Of a stretch of DNA of 64,000 nt, positions 41,651-55,347 are shown one piece after another. The DNA is taken from assembly GCF_006345805.1 (NCBI RefSeq), contig NC_043000.1, forward strand, positions 104,842,001-104,906,000. The letters are read 5' to 3'. The stretch comes from Octopus sinensis (Eukaryota). Both the position numbers and the translations under genes were made by a program. The notes under the pieces were generated by a model. That model did no database searches. It was not told the DNA's origin and saw only the letters and a list, made by a program, of their open reading frames with translations. Position 1 is the first letter of the stretch. Each line of letters begins with the position of its first letter.

Positions 41651-42234
41651 TTCCTGTTGCTGACCATTACATCACACTGGAAAAAATATAGAAATAGCTA
41701 CAGGTTTAGTTAAGGAGTATTTACCATCTCCATTTTACTATTGTATGATTAGACTTTACAATGGTTGTACTAATACATACTGTTCACTATTTTCTATACC
41801 ATTTCGTATTCTTTCTTCCTTTTTCTTCCTCTCTCATAATTTTCCTATCTTTTTTGTGTTTATTCTTCTTGCTCTAAGTTTCATTCTTCTCATACTCTCT
41901 ATGATATCATTTTAATTATTCTCTCTTCTCTTACTGTGTGTGTGTCCTTTATTTAAATTCCCTAGTTTAAGGAAGAGGAGCAGCATTTTTTTCTTTTTCG
42001 GTTAACTTAGAATTGTGTGACATTGATGCGATTAATGTAAATATTGAAATCTTGTAGAAATTTAAACGAAACCACAGATTTTAAAGACAGAAAGTTGTGA
42101 GGAGGAAGAATCACGGAAAAGAAAAACAAGAATACATGGGTTACCGTAATGATTAATTGCAAAAGTAATTTCTCATCAAAAGAATAGAAGAGAAGGCAAT
42201 TACCTTGAGTGGGAAAGAGGAAGAAAATATTCAC

Positions 42235-42292
42235 CTGCCACTAGTATAAGTCTATATATAATCCGATAACTTTTCTCTTTCGCTGACGACGG
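42235..42292 (-). other. Candidate 5'UTR exon (58 bp)
   Basis: Acceptor catttttacttcattttag and donor CAG|GTGAAT. The signal-peptide exon has its own acceptor, so upstream non-coding exon(s) must exist. Confidence 0.45.
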
Positions 42293-42444
42293 CTAAAATG
42301 AAGTAAAAATGCTCGAAGTTGTTTCCCTTGCTAACTCGACAAAACAATAATGTTAACTAATCTCCCATATCTTTCTTTGAACACTGTATTTAACATACTG
42401 AGGTTATTTCTGATAATGAAAGCATTGGAAATACTCAAACTCAC

Positions 42445-42600
42445 CGTTTATTATATTTAGTGGGAGTGAAGTTTAGCGGAATACATCCAGTACTTAATAC
42501 AACAGAATAAGGCAAAGGTGGGTGAGGGTCAAGTTCTACGCTGTCGCTTGACTTGCTAGAGACAACAAATAACTCTCTCTCTCCCTCTCGCTTTCTCTTC
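42445..42600 (-). other. Candidate first or upstream 5'UTR exon (upstream boundary uncertain)
   Basis: Consensus donor ACG|GTGAGT at 42445, in unique sequence next to a GA-rich tract. Confidence 0.4.
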
Positions 42601-43074
42601 AACCGCTCACTCTTTCTCTCAAATAACACAAACTATCTTTAAAACAATAATGAAATAAGATATTCAATAATTTAAACTTAAAACCTGAAAGAAACATTAC
42701 AAGAATACATTTAATCCTGGGGCTGTTCGACCAGCTTTGGAGTGGGAATAACTACTACCACCACCATCACCACCACTGTTACTACCATCGCCGTCACCAC
42801 AACCACCACCAACAGCAACAATAACAACAGAATAGCAGCAGAATATTTTTCTTTATATTTTTACAAAAGGTTCCCAACATTTTTTAAACAGTTACTGTGT
42901 GAATTGATAAATCAAACGATAATTTTCTTTTCCATAATTCATAAGTTTTATTTATAATGTTATAAATAGTACAAAAACTTGTGTTTAAGCGTATACTGCT
43001 AAGCAAAAGACTGTACATCATTCCCATATGCTGATATTTCAACGTTCATTTTCACTACCTTATTGGTTATTTGC

Positions 43075-43490
43075 ATTTACTCTTTTATTTTTTTTTTACT
43101 ACTGGAGCACCGCCTTTCGTCGAACAAATCGACCCCAGGACTTATTCTTTGTAAGCCTGGTACTTATTCTATCGGTCTCTTTTGCCAACCGCTGAGTTAC
43201 GAGGACGTAAACAGACTAACATCGGTTGTTAAGCGATGGTGGGAAGACAAACACACACACACACATATTTTATTTTAAAAACTTTTTTACTTGTTTCAGT
43301 CATTTGACTGCGGCCATGATGGAGCACCATATATACACGACGGGTTTCTTTCAGTTTATGTGTACCAAATCCACTCACAAGGCTTTGGTCAGCCCGAGGC
43401 TATAGTAGAAGACACTTTCCAAGGTGTCACGCAGTGTGACTGAACCCAAGACCATGTGGTTGGGGAGCACCACACAGTCACTCCTGCGCC
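43075..43490 (-). mobile_element. SINE family A, rearranged with a duplicated tail
   Basis: Tail motif occurs near both 43100 and 43290-43328. Confidence 0.75.
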
Positions 43491-43497
43491 TATAACC

Positions 43498-43558
<61 letters not shown>

Positions 43559-44032
43559 TAGAAGCAAAAAAAAGAAGAGTGCCATTGTTATCAAGTGATA
43601 TTAACCAAAATGAAGTTTAATTTTTAGGGCTGTTTCGCGTCCTGACTGGTACGAGCTGATTAGATTTTGGGATCGATCCGGTACTGGACAAGGATTCTGG
43701 ATTATTTGTTATATTTACTTTACTTTTCATGAAGTATTACGGTTTTACGTTGACTTTCAAGTCTTTCTCTGATTATCTCCCTTGAAAGCACGCTCATGGT
43801 TTCTACGTAAGTTGTGGCGGCTTTGCTCTTTCCAAAGTTTTATTTTCGTTTCTCTGTAATTCATTTTACTCGCGCTTCTATCTTAGAAGAAACTAATGGA
43901 TAAAGAAATCAAATTACATAAACAAGCGGCAGCAAAACCGTTCGGAAATTAAATAACATTAACATATTCAGTAACAATAATAAATTTAATCTATCCTCGA
44001 CAATTTTTAGTTTTACCAATCGCTCCTGCTTA

Positions 44033-45297
44033 CGAGGGGCGTTCAATAAGTAATGTCTCTGACCCACTTGCAGTTGCAATTATTTATATCTCTATAGATT
44101 AAGTGGCAAATTACAGCTCTGAACTAATTGTGGTTTCTGATTTACAGGTGTTTGAACTGAGTCAAGTGTGAAATGGAGCCTGTTGAGTGTCGAGCAGTGA
44201 TCCGGTTTTTGTATTTGAAAGGACGCACACCAAGGGAGACTTTTGATGAAATGAAAGTAACTTATGGTGATGATGCCCCATCATATGACCTTGTAAAACG
44301 CTAGCATCGTGAATTCAAACATGATCGGAACTCTGTGGAAACAGCTCCCAGATCTGGTCGCCCTCCTTCTGCCATTGATGAGGCATCTGTCCGTCAAGTT
44401 GAGGCTGCCATTTTGGAAGATCGACGCATAACTATTCGCCAAATAGCCCACGAGGTCAAGATTAGTACCAGGTCTGTGGAAACTATCATTCATGACCATT
44501 TGCATATGCAAAAGGTGTCTGCTAGATGGATTCCCAGGTTGCTCACACCTTTCCAGAAGCAAGAACGTGTCGAGCGCTCGAGGATGAATTTGGAGATGTA
44601 CCAAGAAGATGAGTCAAAATTTTTCAAAAGACTGATTACACAGGATGAAACCTGGGTCCATCACTATGATCCAGAGACCAAAGCCCAGTCAATGCAGTGG
44701 AAGCACCGTGACTCACCTCCTCCAAAGAAGGCAAGGGTGCAGCCCTCCGCTGGCAAGGTCATGCTCACAGTCTTCTGGGACCAGGACGGAGTAGTGATGA
44801 CAGATTTCCTGGTAGAGGGTACCACAATTACAGGAGCCTATTATGCTTCACTTTTGAGGAAATTAAAAGAAGCTATCAAAATCAAGAGGCGGGGCAAGAT
44901 CAGCAAAGGCATCCTCCTCCTGAAGGACAACGCTCCGGTCCACAACTCGCGTGTCACCAGATCAGAAGCACAGGCGTGCGGCTATGAACTCCTCCCCCAT
45001 CCCCCTACTCTCCTGCCCTTGCACCCTCTGATTTTCACCTCTTCCCAGCCATGAAGTTGTTTTTGAAAGGAAAGCGTTTCCCAGATGATGCAGTCTTGAT
45101 TTCTGAAGTCACGTCGTGGTTGGAGGACCAAGCTGGGGTCTTCTACAAAAACGGTCCCCAGAGCTGCATCAAACGATGGGAGAAATGCGTAACTCTGTGT
45201 GGTTCCTATGTAGAAAAAGACTAATAACTGTACCAAATTTCGTTGCTCTACTGCTATGGGAAGTGGGTCAGGGGCATTACTTATTGAACGCCCCTCG
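44033..45297 (+). mobile_element. Full-length mariner (Tc1/mariner, DD34D type) transposon, 1265 bp
   Basis: ~37-bp TIRs (CGAGGGGCGTTCAATAAGTAATG...GACCCACTT) at 44033-44069 and 45261-45297, flanked by TA at 44031-44032 and 45298-45299. Confidence 0.97.
44173..45224 (+). pseudogene. Mariner transposase with one nonsense codon and one frameshift
   Basis: MEPVECRAVIRF...; TAG at 44302-44304 where Trp is expected; motifs WIPRLLT, ITQDETW and LLLKDNAP. A 1-bp loss near 45001-45006 breaks HPPYSP-LAPSDFHLF, and the shifted frame ends ...RWEKCVTLCGSYVEKD*. Confidence 0.95.
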
Positions 45298-45796
45298 TAA
45301 AACCTCTTATCTACTTGACAATTCCATTTCTAGCTCCGCCTAGGAGGAAGATTTACTTCTTTGACTCATGTTTTTGTCCTTTCCCTTTTCTTTCACGCAC
45401 GAATAAATTTTTCGCTGTAATGGTCATAAAGACACTATATCAGTGGATAGACTAAAAAAGGCCTTCATAGAGAAAACTGTCCCTGTTCCCACTGCAGACC
45501 ACACACACAGACACACACTCACACAACATTACAAACACGGCCTGCACTCCCACCTTCACATTCCGTGACTGCCATTGGGATCAATCAGGTACCGGACAAG
45601 GATTCTGGATTATTTTTCCGTTTTTTTTTTATTTAATTTCTGAGAGTGGTCGGGTTCATTACTAGCATTCTCTTTGTGAGAGCAGTCGATGATTTTAAAA
45701 ATCCTCCCCGGCTGATCGTTGAGAGGACGTTGGTGTTGCCTTGGCGGAGGTTTGTGCTCTCTGAGTGCTCTTGCTATTGTTATTATCATTATTATT

Positions 45797-46165
45797 AAGG
45801 CGGCGAGCTGGCAGAATCGTTAGCACTCCGGGCGAAATGCTTAGCAGTATTTCGTCTGTCTTTACGTTCTGAGTTCAAATTCCGCCGAAGTCGACTTTGC
45901 CTTTCATCCTTTCGGGGTCGATTAAATAAGTACCAGTTACGCACTGGGGTCGATACAATCGACTTAATCCGTTTGTCTGTCCTTGTTTGTCCTTTCTGTG
46001 TTTAGCCCCTTGTAGGTAGTAAAGAAATAGGTATTTCACCCGTCGCTACGTTAGGAGTACAATTTCCGCCGAAGTCTACTTTGTCTTTCATCCTTTCGGG
46101 GTCGATAAAATAAGTAATTGACTCATCCTCTCCCCCAAAATTGCTGCCCTTGTGACAAAATTTGA
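45797..46165 (+). mobile_element. SINE family B plus an adjacent partial copy
   Basis: Near-identical to the 58858 copy. Confidence 0.88.
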
Positions 46166-46182
46166 AATCATCATCACCATCA

Positions 46183-46258
<76 letters not shown>

Positions 46259-46259
46259 G

Positions 46260-47575
46260 AAGATATCACACAGTATCTAATATTGTGATGTTGCAGATTA
46301 AAGACTTTGTGCTTTGTGTGTACCGGGTATTTGTATTTGTCACAACAAGGACCTCAGACAGTACTTTACGCAGCATGCGTACAGTTCCACGTAAAGTCGA
46401 TTTTTGCAATATACCAAGATTGTAGGGTATTTCTAAAGTGTTTATGTGTTTTTTCAGGTTGGGTGGTATGGACCGCAATGCTCCGATGACAACAGAAACA
46501 ACCTTTAAATTTGACTCTCGCATCTTGGGTTTCCACATTCTCAGGTCTCCATGTATATCCACCTTTTCTTTTTCTTTCGTGATAATATGTTGGTCTTCTG
46601 GCACTGCCACATCGATTATTAGGCACTCATGCGTTCGTTCGCCTTAGGGTGTGGAGGGTACCATGCATTGTCATCGTCTTTCGAATAGTGCGATTGAGTT
46701 GGTCTCTTCTCGTATCCATTTCAGAATGGGTGCACTGTGATGGACTACAGCAACAGCCCATATATTGATGGTAGTTACAAGGTTCCTTGCGTTGAGTTTT
46801 GACTTCAAGAGAAATTTAAGGTGCTTTAAATTTGCAGTGGTGACATTGCCTGTCATTGCTCTGTGCAATATATTGTCTCCCATTCGATCTCCGTTCGGCA
46901 GTTCTATACCTCTTCAATCTGCTCTTTCCCCCCTCTTCAAAGTGAGCACTACACGCTTTGAGATCTCGTCTTCTATTCCAATATCCTTGCTGTACAGTCT
47001 CAACCAGCCTCTCCATTTCAGGCTCTGTTTTTGCGAACAGTTTTAAATCATCTATGAAGAGAAGGTGAATGAGACGAAGTCCATTCTTCCTTAGTTCATA
47101 TTGCGAGTTGACTTTGCGTAGAACTACAGAGAGTGGGATCATGGCTATAACAAATGACAAAGGTGAACAAGACTCTCCCTGAAAGATACCTCTTTTGATT
47201 GTTACCTAGGCTAAGTGCTGGTTGTTACAGAAAAATCGTGTTTTCCAACTAGGCATACTGTTCTTGGTCAGTGCACACATGTTCTCAGCTACTCCACCCA
47301 TGTCGAGTGTTTCCAGAATCCTCGAATGCGGCAACTTGTCATAAGCTTTTGTTTTTGGCCCCGTTTGCAGTTCTTTATTACGACCTTGGCTATCACAAGG
47401 TGGTCCTTGGTGTCCTTGGATCCTTTTTGGCATCCCTTTTGTTCTCCTGGCAATAGACCGTTTTCCGCAAGGAATGTATATATTTTCCCTGTGAGGATGC
47501 CTGTTAACACTTTCCCTAAGAGGTTAAGACAAGTGATGGGTCTGTAATTGCCCACCTCACTGCTCTTTGACCGAT
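46260..47575 (-). mobile_element. 5'-truncated, decayed R4/Dong-like RLE non-LTR retrotransposon
   Basis: NYRPITCLNLLGK, EQKGCQKGS, SVVLRK..HLLFIDDLKLFA, VVSVVIGALRSIP...LQKSTLRGTVRMLRKVL. Flanked by (TAA)n on both sides. Confidence 0.88.
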
Positions 47576-47879
47576 CTTATTATTATTATTATTTTTGCAT
47601 TCTTAAATCAAATCCCGCTGAGATCAATTTTGCCTTTCATTCTTTCAACATCGATAAAGAAGACCTACCACTTGAAATTGCTGGCCTCATACAAAACTTC
47701 AAACTACAAAGATGGTGATTTAGTAAAATAACTTAATAGCATTTCTTCTTACTACTTACGTCCTGAGTTCAAAATCTCGCTGAGTTCAATCAACTTTGCT
47801 GTTCATCTCTTCGAAGTCAGTAAAATAAGTACCAGTTTTTCATAGAAATTGGGTCCGTGAATTATCCCCACATTCGAGG

Positions 47880-48170
47880 GGTAAATAATTCAATATTATT
47901 CGTTGATTTTGTGTCGCAGCAAAACTCTCGAATCCGCTTTGAGTCCTGCACTTCTCAGCTGGTATTGAGAATTTTCCTTGTCTCCTTGTACGTTGTTCAA
48001 TCTTTTTCAAAGTTGTGGTCTTGCCATTTTTATATCGAAGCTTTCTGTAACCTCATTTATAATTTATATATTAGTCTTTTTCCCATGTCTGTTGTTGATT
48101 CTCGTTTTTCCTTCATAGTTATCTTTCATTTCAGCCTCTTGTTTTGTATTAGCTTCCTTGAAGATGGATA
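47880..48170 (-). mobile_element. Second decayed R4/Dong-like fragment
   Basis: Minus strand contains QLRSAGLKADSR, resembling the WLxxxGLKxETE motif that precedes the zinc knuckle in this clade. Confidence 0.45.
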
Positions 48171-48659
48171 AAAGATTTTATTTTGTTAGTGTTTTGTAGC
48201 TAATTGTATTAGTTTTCGATTATCTTTTTATAGATATTTCGTAGCCCTACAAATGTTTTATACAAGCTTTACAGCTGTATAACATCCCTATTTCTTTTTT
48301 ATCTTTTTTTGTCACTGTCACAGATTTTGACATTTTGAAATTGAGTGAAGATTTTCAAATTAGGTATGTTGATATAATTTTTCACGCTGAATCCAATTGT
48401 GTAATTCATTTATTCCAGAAACATATTTCAAAAATGTTACAGAGGTTTAAAGTTTGATCAGTTTTACCCAATCAGAAAACAAGATTTGGAAGCTGGCTTT
48501 TTATGCATCATCGCTGTCTATCAGAAAATGAAAGAAAAAACATTGCGACGACAAAAGTTGTTAGTTTTAATAAGTTTTAATAGGTGTGAAACTGTCGAAC
48601 GAGCATGCAAATAATTTAAAAAAGAAAAAATCCTCAACGATTCTTTTTGCGACAACTTA

Positions 48660-48869
48660 GGCGTAGGTGTATGGTAAGAAGCTTACTTCCCAATCACATG
48701 GTTCCAGTTTCAGTCTCACTGCTTGGCACCTTGGGCAAGTGTCTTCTACTTCGGGCCGACCAAAGCCTTGTCAATGGATTTGGTGGACGGAAACTTAAAG
48801 AAACCCGCCGTATATATATATATATATATATAGATATAGATATATATATATATACATACATACATAATA

Positions 48870-48905
<36 letters not shown>

Positions 48906-49120
48906 TGTATGAATATATTTGTGTTTCTGTTTGAACCCCCTCCTTGCTTGACAACCGATGTTGGTGTGTTTAAGTCCCCGTAACTTAGCGTCGATAAAAG
49001 AGACCGATAGAATAAGTACTAGACTTACAAAGAATAAGTCCTGGGGTCGATTTTCTCGACCAAAGGCGGTGCTCCAGCATGCCCGCTGTCAAATAACTGA
49101 AATAAGTAAAAGAATAAAAG
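48660..49120 (+). mobile_element. SINE family A
   Basis: Head, core and tail motifs as in the other copies. Confidence 0.85.
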
Positions 49121-49170
49121 AAAAGAATAATGTTAGAAAAATACTGTACGTTAGGATTAGACCTGTTTAG

Positions 49171-49356
49171 TGTTTAGGGTCAGGGTTAGGGCTAAGGTTA
49201 GGTTAGGCTTAGGATGATTTAGGTTTGTGATTAGGATTTTGTGTTACAGTTAAAGTAAGGGTCAGGATTAGAGTTTAGAGTTAGGGTTAAAGTTAACTTT
49301 AAGGTTTGAGTTAGTTTTAGGTTTAGGTTTAGGGTTAGGATTAGGGTTAGGTTTAG
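49171..49356 (+). repeat. Degenerate interstitial (TTAGGG)n-like tract
   Basis: ttagggtcagggttagggctaaggttagg...ttagggttaggattagggttagg. Confidence 0.8.
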
Positions 49357-52300
49357 TTCGTCGTCAAAGAAATTACATAGGCTAAAAGAACATATACATT
49401 GTGGTGATGGTGGTTCGGAAAGCAGACTAAAGCTTCATTTATTATGGCAACAGGCTCCAATATGTCTGTGGCTTTCGACTGGCTAAAATTACTCAAAATT
49501 TGCAATCTTTAAAAAACAATAAACTTTTTATTTATTAATTTATGGCAAAAATGAATTTCATTTTCATAATTTGCATACAAAATTAAGTCGCTGCGCCAAA
49601 TCTGAAAACAATTGAAACAAAAATAAAAAATAGAAAACTGTGGCAACAACAGAAAAGATTCTCTCCTTGTATTCATAGTGAATATATTTTATCGCTATCA
49701 GATTTTAGGTGGGTTTTTTTCTAAATGCCATCTTATTTTGCTAGTTTGTTTAACGCTTTATGGAAAATATAACTATTATTTATTACTGGAACGGCTTGAA
49801 TATTAATGACTTTTCTTTATTATATTTAGCTTTGCTTTAAGTATTAATCTAATGCATTTATAATATTACTTCTAAATCTTTTCTTTCATTTGTGTACATT
49901 GTTCGTCGATTCCTAAGTATTTATAAGTCCGTGTTTGGTCTAATTCTTTCATTCTTCATCTGGCATGATAGTGGTATTCTAATTAATTTCCATCGCTGAA
50001 TTTTTAATGCGAATCTCATCGAAATTTCTCTGGTAAATCCACACAATCTTTGGATGTTTATTATCTGCAGTGTACAACATTGACCCAAGAGAAGAGCTAG
50101 TGTTTGTAATTCTTGAATTACATCCAGGTTTAGACTATCAGAGTCATAATTCCAACTTTGAAAAATTTCTTTTCTTAAATCTTCCTTACATTCCTCTTTA
50201 TTTATATTTTTACTTGTGCTCATCTTCGTCAGTTTCTGTTGACCATTATTAAATGTCTTTCTGAGTACAAATTACCCCGAGGTCGACTTTACCTTTCATC
50301 CTTTCGGGGTCGATAAATTAAGTACCTGTGAAACACTGGGGTGGGAGTCGATGTAATCGACTAGTCCCCTTCTCCATAATTTCAGACTTTGTGCCTATAG
50401 AAGGAAGGATCATTAAGTAACTGTTCTAGGATTTGGATTTGACTAACAGTCAAAACTTGAAATCCTGCAATATTGTCTAGCTGAGTCATATTGGCCCGTC
50501 TCATTCTAAAGATACAGCAACATACACCAATGGCACTTCGTCCAGAGCATAAGACTATGAAAGTTAAAAACCTGATGATCAAAAACATTTTAAGGACCTC
50601 ATATAAAACTGCTGAACTAGAATGCAGTCATATTTTTCAGTATAATACAAACATATATGTTACATTGAAAATATGCTTGTATTCTAGTTTTATGCAATAT
50701 TTCTCGAATTTTTCTCTCTAATTTGAGAAAACCTTTTTGCGATTAACTGAAATGTTTTAATAATCTGCAACGTAATTAAGCGGAGTCGCCTGCACATATA
50801 CACACATACACAAGCTCAGCTCTTTCATACACAAATGTGTGTGTTTAGGTGTAGTTTTGTGTGTGTATATACAAACATTTCTGTTTAATAGCATTTTGGG
50901 TAATTACATAATTCGGTTAACCGCAAGATTTGGATTTTAAAAAGTAGCAAAAATATAGCATAGAACTGAATATTTATTTGATTTGATAGGAACGATGAGA
51001 TCCTGAAAGCTTCTGTTTCCATCTTGAGTTAAAATGACTGAAGCCAATATTTTGTGTTCACATACCGAAACAGTCAAATGTATTCAAGTTATTCTAACCA
51101 TGTCAATGATTTAATGCTTTTATATTTTTAGTATTTGTGTGTCTCATTATTATACTGAAGAAGTACATTCCACTATGTTAAATTATGTGTTCTCATATGT
51201 CTCGCACTTTAGGTGATTCATTTGTTCATGAGTCTTCTAGCCTGACTCTACAGAATTCATAGCATCAACCTTATGGTAGCACTTAGTGCAAGCATTTTCA
51301 TCTTATGTAATATGATATGTAATATAATACATGTATATTCAAGTATATAACACTTCAATAATTAACCATTGTTTTTAGCATAACGTTTGTAAAAAGATAA
51401 TTTAAATCAAGTGGTGGATAGATATCATTTCGCTATTTTTATTATTGACATCACTTTCCTAAGATTGACTCAATGAAATTTTCTTTAATTCACATCATCA
51501 CAGATATTGGCGTTGAGTAATTCAGAGTAAGTCATCTTCAGGATGTGTGAATTGAGTTAAACTTCGATAACTGAAGAACATATATCAAAAATAGCTTGAA
51601 ATGGGTAGACCATAAGTAAGTTGTGTATACAAAACATCAAGTAAAGCATGTTTTATTCTTATATTATATGATTAAAACTTGTAACGTAGCCACAGTACCT
51701 TACAACTGATATTATATTGAGTTCTAATTTATCGCCTACTATCCAATTTCAATCATTTACATACTATTACAAACACTAATTAATTGTATAAGAATTTCAG
51801 TCGTCGAAGGTATGCAATTTCACACCCTCATAGTAATGTGAAACTTTAGGTGTGAAGGCGTGAAACAGGAATCTCGTTTAAATATATATATATAAATCCA
51901 TGTGTGTGTGTGTATTAATATATATACATATACATGAATATATATCTGTATGCATGTATGTATGTCTACATAGATATATATACATATGTATATGTATATG
52001 AAAACTAAATTAAATGTTCCAAATATATAACACTATTTCCTATTTATATACCATTGTTTATGTAATGATAGTGCTCAATATTTTGAGAAAGGATTTTGTA
52101 TTTTAACCCACCCGCCAAATTGGTTCTGGAAGAACTGAGATCAATGATCGAAAGCGTTCGAGGCATGATTAACTTGTACTTCTTTTTCTTTTCTCTCAAA
52201 ATAGTCTAAGTTTACTTTATCAAATTTTAAAAAAATGATAGAGTGTGATTTGATGAAGATTTGTCTGCTATTACAAGCAAGACGAGTGACAAGGTAGAAA

Positions 52301-52600
52301 CTCCTTGGCTGGTTTGTAATTCTGAAAATAATTGCCAGGGAGAGATAGCTGCTTGATATAGCAAGTATTGAGCTTGAGGCTTACACATACCAAAAATGGA
52401 AAAAATTCATATACAATTATTCTATTCTTGTAGTATCGTGATATAATACTATCGAAACGTGTTTTCAAATTTGATAACAAACACTCAGACAAAGTTAAGT
52501 CTGTTATGTTTATTGTTATGCCTGAGAGTATAACAACAGCTAACATACGCCACTGACACGTATATTATATATGTATAATTTTATGATGCATTATTCTGTC

Positions 52601-52978
52601 ATTCTTTTACTAGTTTCAGTCATTTGACTGCGGTCATGCTGGAGTACCGCCTTGAAGGGTTTTAGCCGAGCAGATCGACCCCAGGACTTATTTTTTAAGT
52701 CTAGTACTTATTTTATCGGGTACTTTTGCTGAAGTTACGGGGACGTAAACACACCAACACTGGTTGTCAAATAGTGATGGGAGGACAAATACACACACAC
52801 ACACACATGTATATACGACGGGCTTCTTTGAATTCCCATCTGCCAAATCCACTCACAAGGCTTTGGTCGACCCGAGGCTATAGAAGAAGGCACTTGCCCA
52901 AGGTGCCACACAGTAGGACTTAACCCAGAACCATGTGGTTGGGAAGCAAACTTCTTACCACAGCCACGTCTGCACCTA
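52601..52978 (-). mobile_element. SINE family A
   Basis: Head, core and tail motifs on the minus strand. Confidence 0.8.
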
Positions 52979-54272
52979 TTAGCGTACATATCTTTACAAA
53001 TTTGACCTATACACAGGTTTGTCATTAGTTAATCAGGCGAGGAGCCATGCCTTTAATCTTTGAAGACTTCCCTGATGAAATCAACGAGGTTGATAAACAG
53101 CTGTCGGTACATTTCTCTTGGAATACGTGCAGGAGTAGAAAATTAAACTCACGCACATGTGATGTGTCTATGTGTATGATCAAAAAGGATAACTTGTTAA
53201 TATGCTTTTCACAGAGAAAATAATATCGGGTCATATGCTTCATAATACATGAATGTAAGGTTCAAACATTAAGATTGTATGCAATCGATAGAATACGATG
53301 TAAACTTTTAAATGTTTGTCGGTATTTCCAATAGAACGCCTTGATAGTGTGCTTATATTGGTGGAACCGGAAATTCATTTAGGGATAGGAAATCTCTGCA
53401 AGAATGTCCTAAATAAGTAAGCTATTGGCTCTTCTCCTCTCTGCGTGTTGAACATCTAATTTCAATTGCGAATATCCCTTATTTGTAGTACCTCTGAAGT
53501 AGCAAATGTTATGGAGGGTTTCGTTTCCTCTCTCTCTCTCTCTCTCTCTCTCGCTCTTTCTTCCTCTCACACTCTCTCTCTCGCTCTTTCTTCCTCTCAC
53601 ACTCTCTCTCTTTCTCTCTCACATATATTTGTTGTTGTGTGAAGACGCATGGTCTAGAGGTTAGGGTGTTGGGCTCGCAATCACAAGGTCTTGATTTCAA
53701 ATTTTGGACCAAGCATTATGTCCTTGAACAAAGTACATCACTTCTTATTGTTTCAATCCACTCAGCTGAAAAGTGCACTACATGGACATCTAAAACAATT
53801 AATCAAAGCAATGGTACTTGTAAGCACGTAGTACTCGCTTGCTGTGGTTGGTTATATTTACTGAGGCATGACTCTGAACTAAGAAAAATCTGAAGTCGCC
53901 CACTTCTGTAACCAGGATAGGATAAACAATTAAATGTTCTTCCTTCTGTCAAAATTATCACAGCGTCTATGAATCATTGTGGTCAAGCATTTCTAATTAA
54001 AAAGAAAAACAAGTTATTAACAATATGTCCTTGAATCCTTAGAATTTACCCCTAGAATAATTAGGTATCACGATCCTATAATTCTCTAATTTTGTCCGAT
54101 TGCATTTGGAGCCATAAAAATCTTGTAGCCCACTAGATGGCATATGAACTGAGCCACCAATGATGAAACTATTTAGAAAATATTCAACACAGCAAGCCAC
54201 ATTGCTACGACTAACTCAAACACACGCACGCGCGCGCACATACATACATACATACATACATACATACATACA

Positions 54273-54304
<32 letters not shown>

Positions 54305-54376
54305 CATGTATATGTAAATCTATCTACCTACCTACATACCTACCTACCTATGTATGTATGTATGTATGTATGTATG

Positions 54377-54477
<101 letters not shown>

Positions 54478-54506
54478 TATACTTTATTTAAAAGCAGCAG
54501 AAATAT

Positions 54507-54559
54507 AACAAAAGCTGTTACTCAGAGTTTCACGTTCCCGTTCGTCGGACAGTTTTGTT
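54507..54559 (-). ncRNA. Type I hammerhead-ribozyme-like fold (U4C variant)
   Basis: aacaaaa-ctgt-CCGACGA-acg-GGAA-cgt-GAAA-ct-ctg-ag-TA-acag-c-ttttgtt. All three helices pair, helix II has a GNRA loop, and the predicted cleavage triplet is GUA. Confidence 0.72.
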
Positions 54560-54869
54560 AAAATAGAACATAAATAACAACATAATCAAAACTAGTTAAA
54601 GGATGCACCTTTAAAAATGGATTCGTTTCATTGATCGTGAAACCGGTACTTATTTAATTTCTAACAATGAAATGATGTAATATGTTCCTTATATCACCAT
54701 AGATTTTATTATACAAACTTTCTGTGACTTTTACATTTCTTTTCTTTTCTTTCTGATATATATATATATATATATGTATATGTATATGTACATACACATA
54801 CATATAATATATATATATGTACATACACATACATATTATATATATATACATGTATGTATGTATATGTAG

Positions 54870-55220
54870 GCGTGGCTATGTTGTAAGAAGCTTGTTCCCA
54901 ACCACATGTTGCTGCTGCGTGGCACATTAGGCACATTAGGCCGGCCAAAGCCTTGTGAGTGGATTTGGTCGGCGGAAACTGTGTGTATGTGCGTGTGTGT
55001 GTGTATCATTGTGTCTATGTTTGTTCCCCCTCTCAACAGCTTGACAATCGGTATTGCTGTGTTTGCCTCGTCAGTAACTTAGCTATTCAGCAAAAGAGAC
55101 CGATGAAATAGTACCAGGTTTCAAAAAAGGACTGGGGTCGATTCGTTAGACTAAAACTTCTTCAAGGTGGTGCACCTGCATGACCACAGTCTAACGACCG
55201 AAACAAGTAAAAGATAAAAT
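54870..55220 (+). mobile_element. SINE family A (decayed)
   Basis: ggcgtggctatgttgtaagaagc head; catgaccacagtctaacgaccgaaacaagtaaaag tail. Confidence 0.75.
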
Positions 55221-55231
55221 GATAAAAATAT

Positions 55232-55278
<47 letters not shown>

Positions 55279-55313
55279 TCTGCATAGTACCAAGTTAGAT
55301 TTAAAATATATGC

Positions 55314-55347
<34 letters not shown>

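Noticed and set aside
49921-50223. 100-aa minus-strand ORF (MSTSKNINKEEC...)
   Set aside because: No recognisable domain or splice sites; possibly a decayed transposon fragment.
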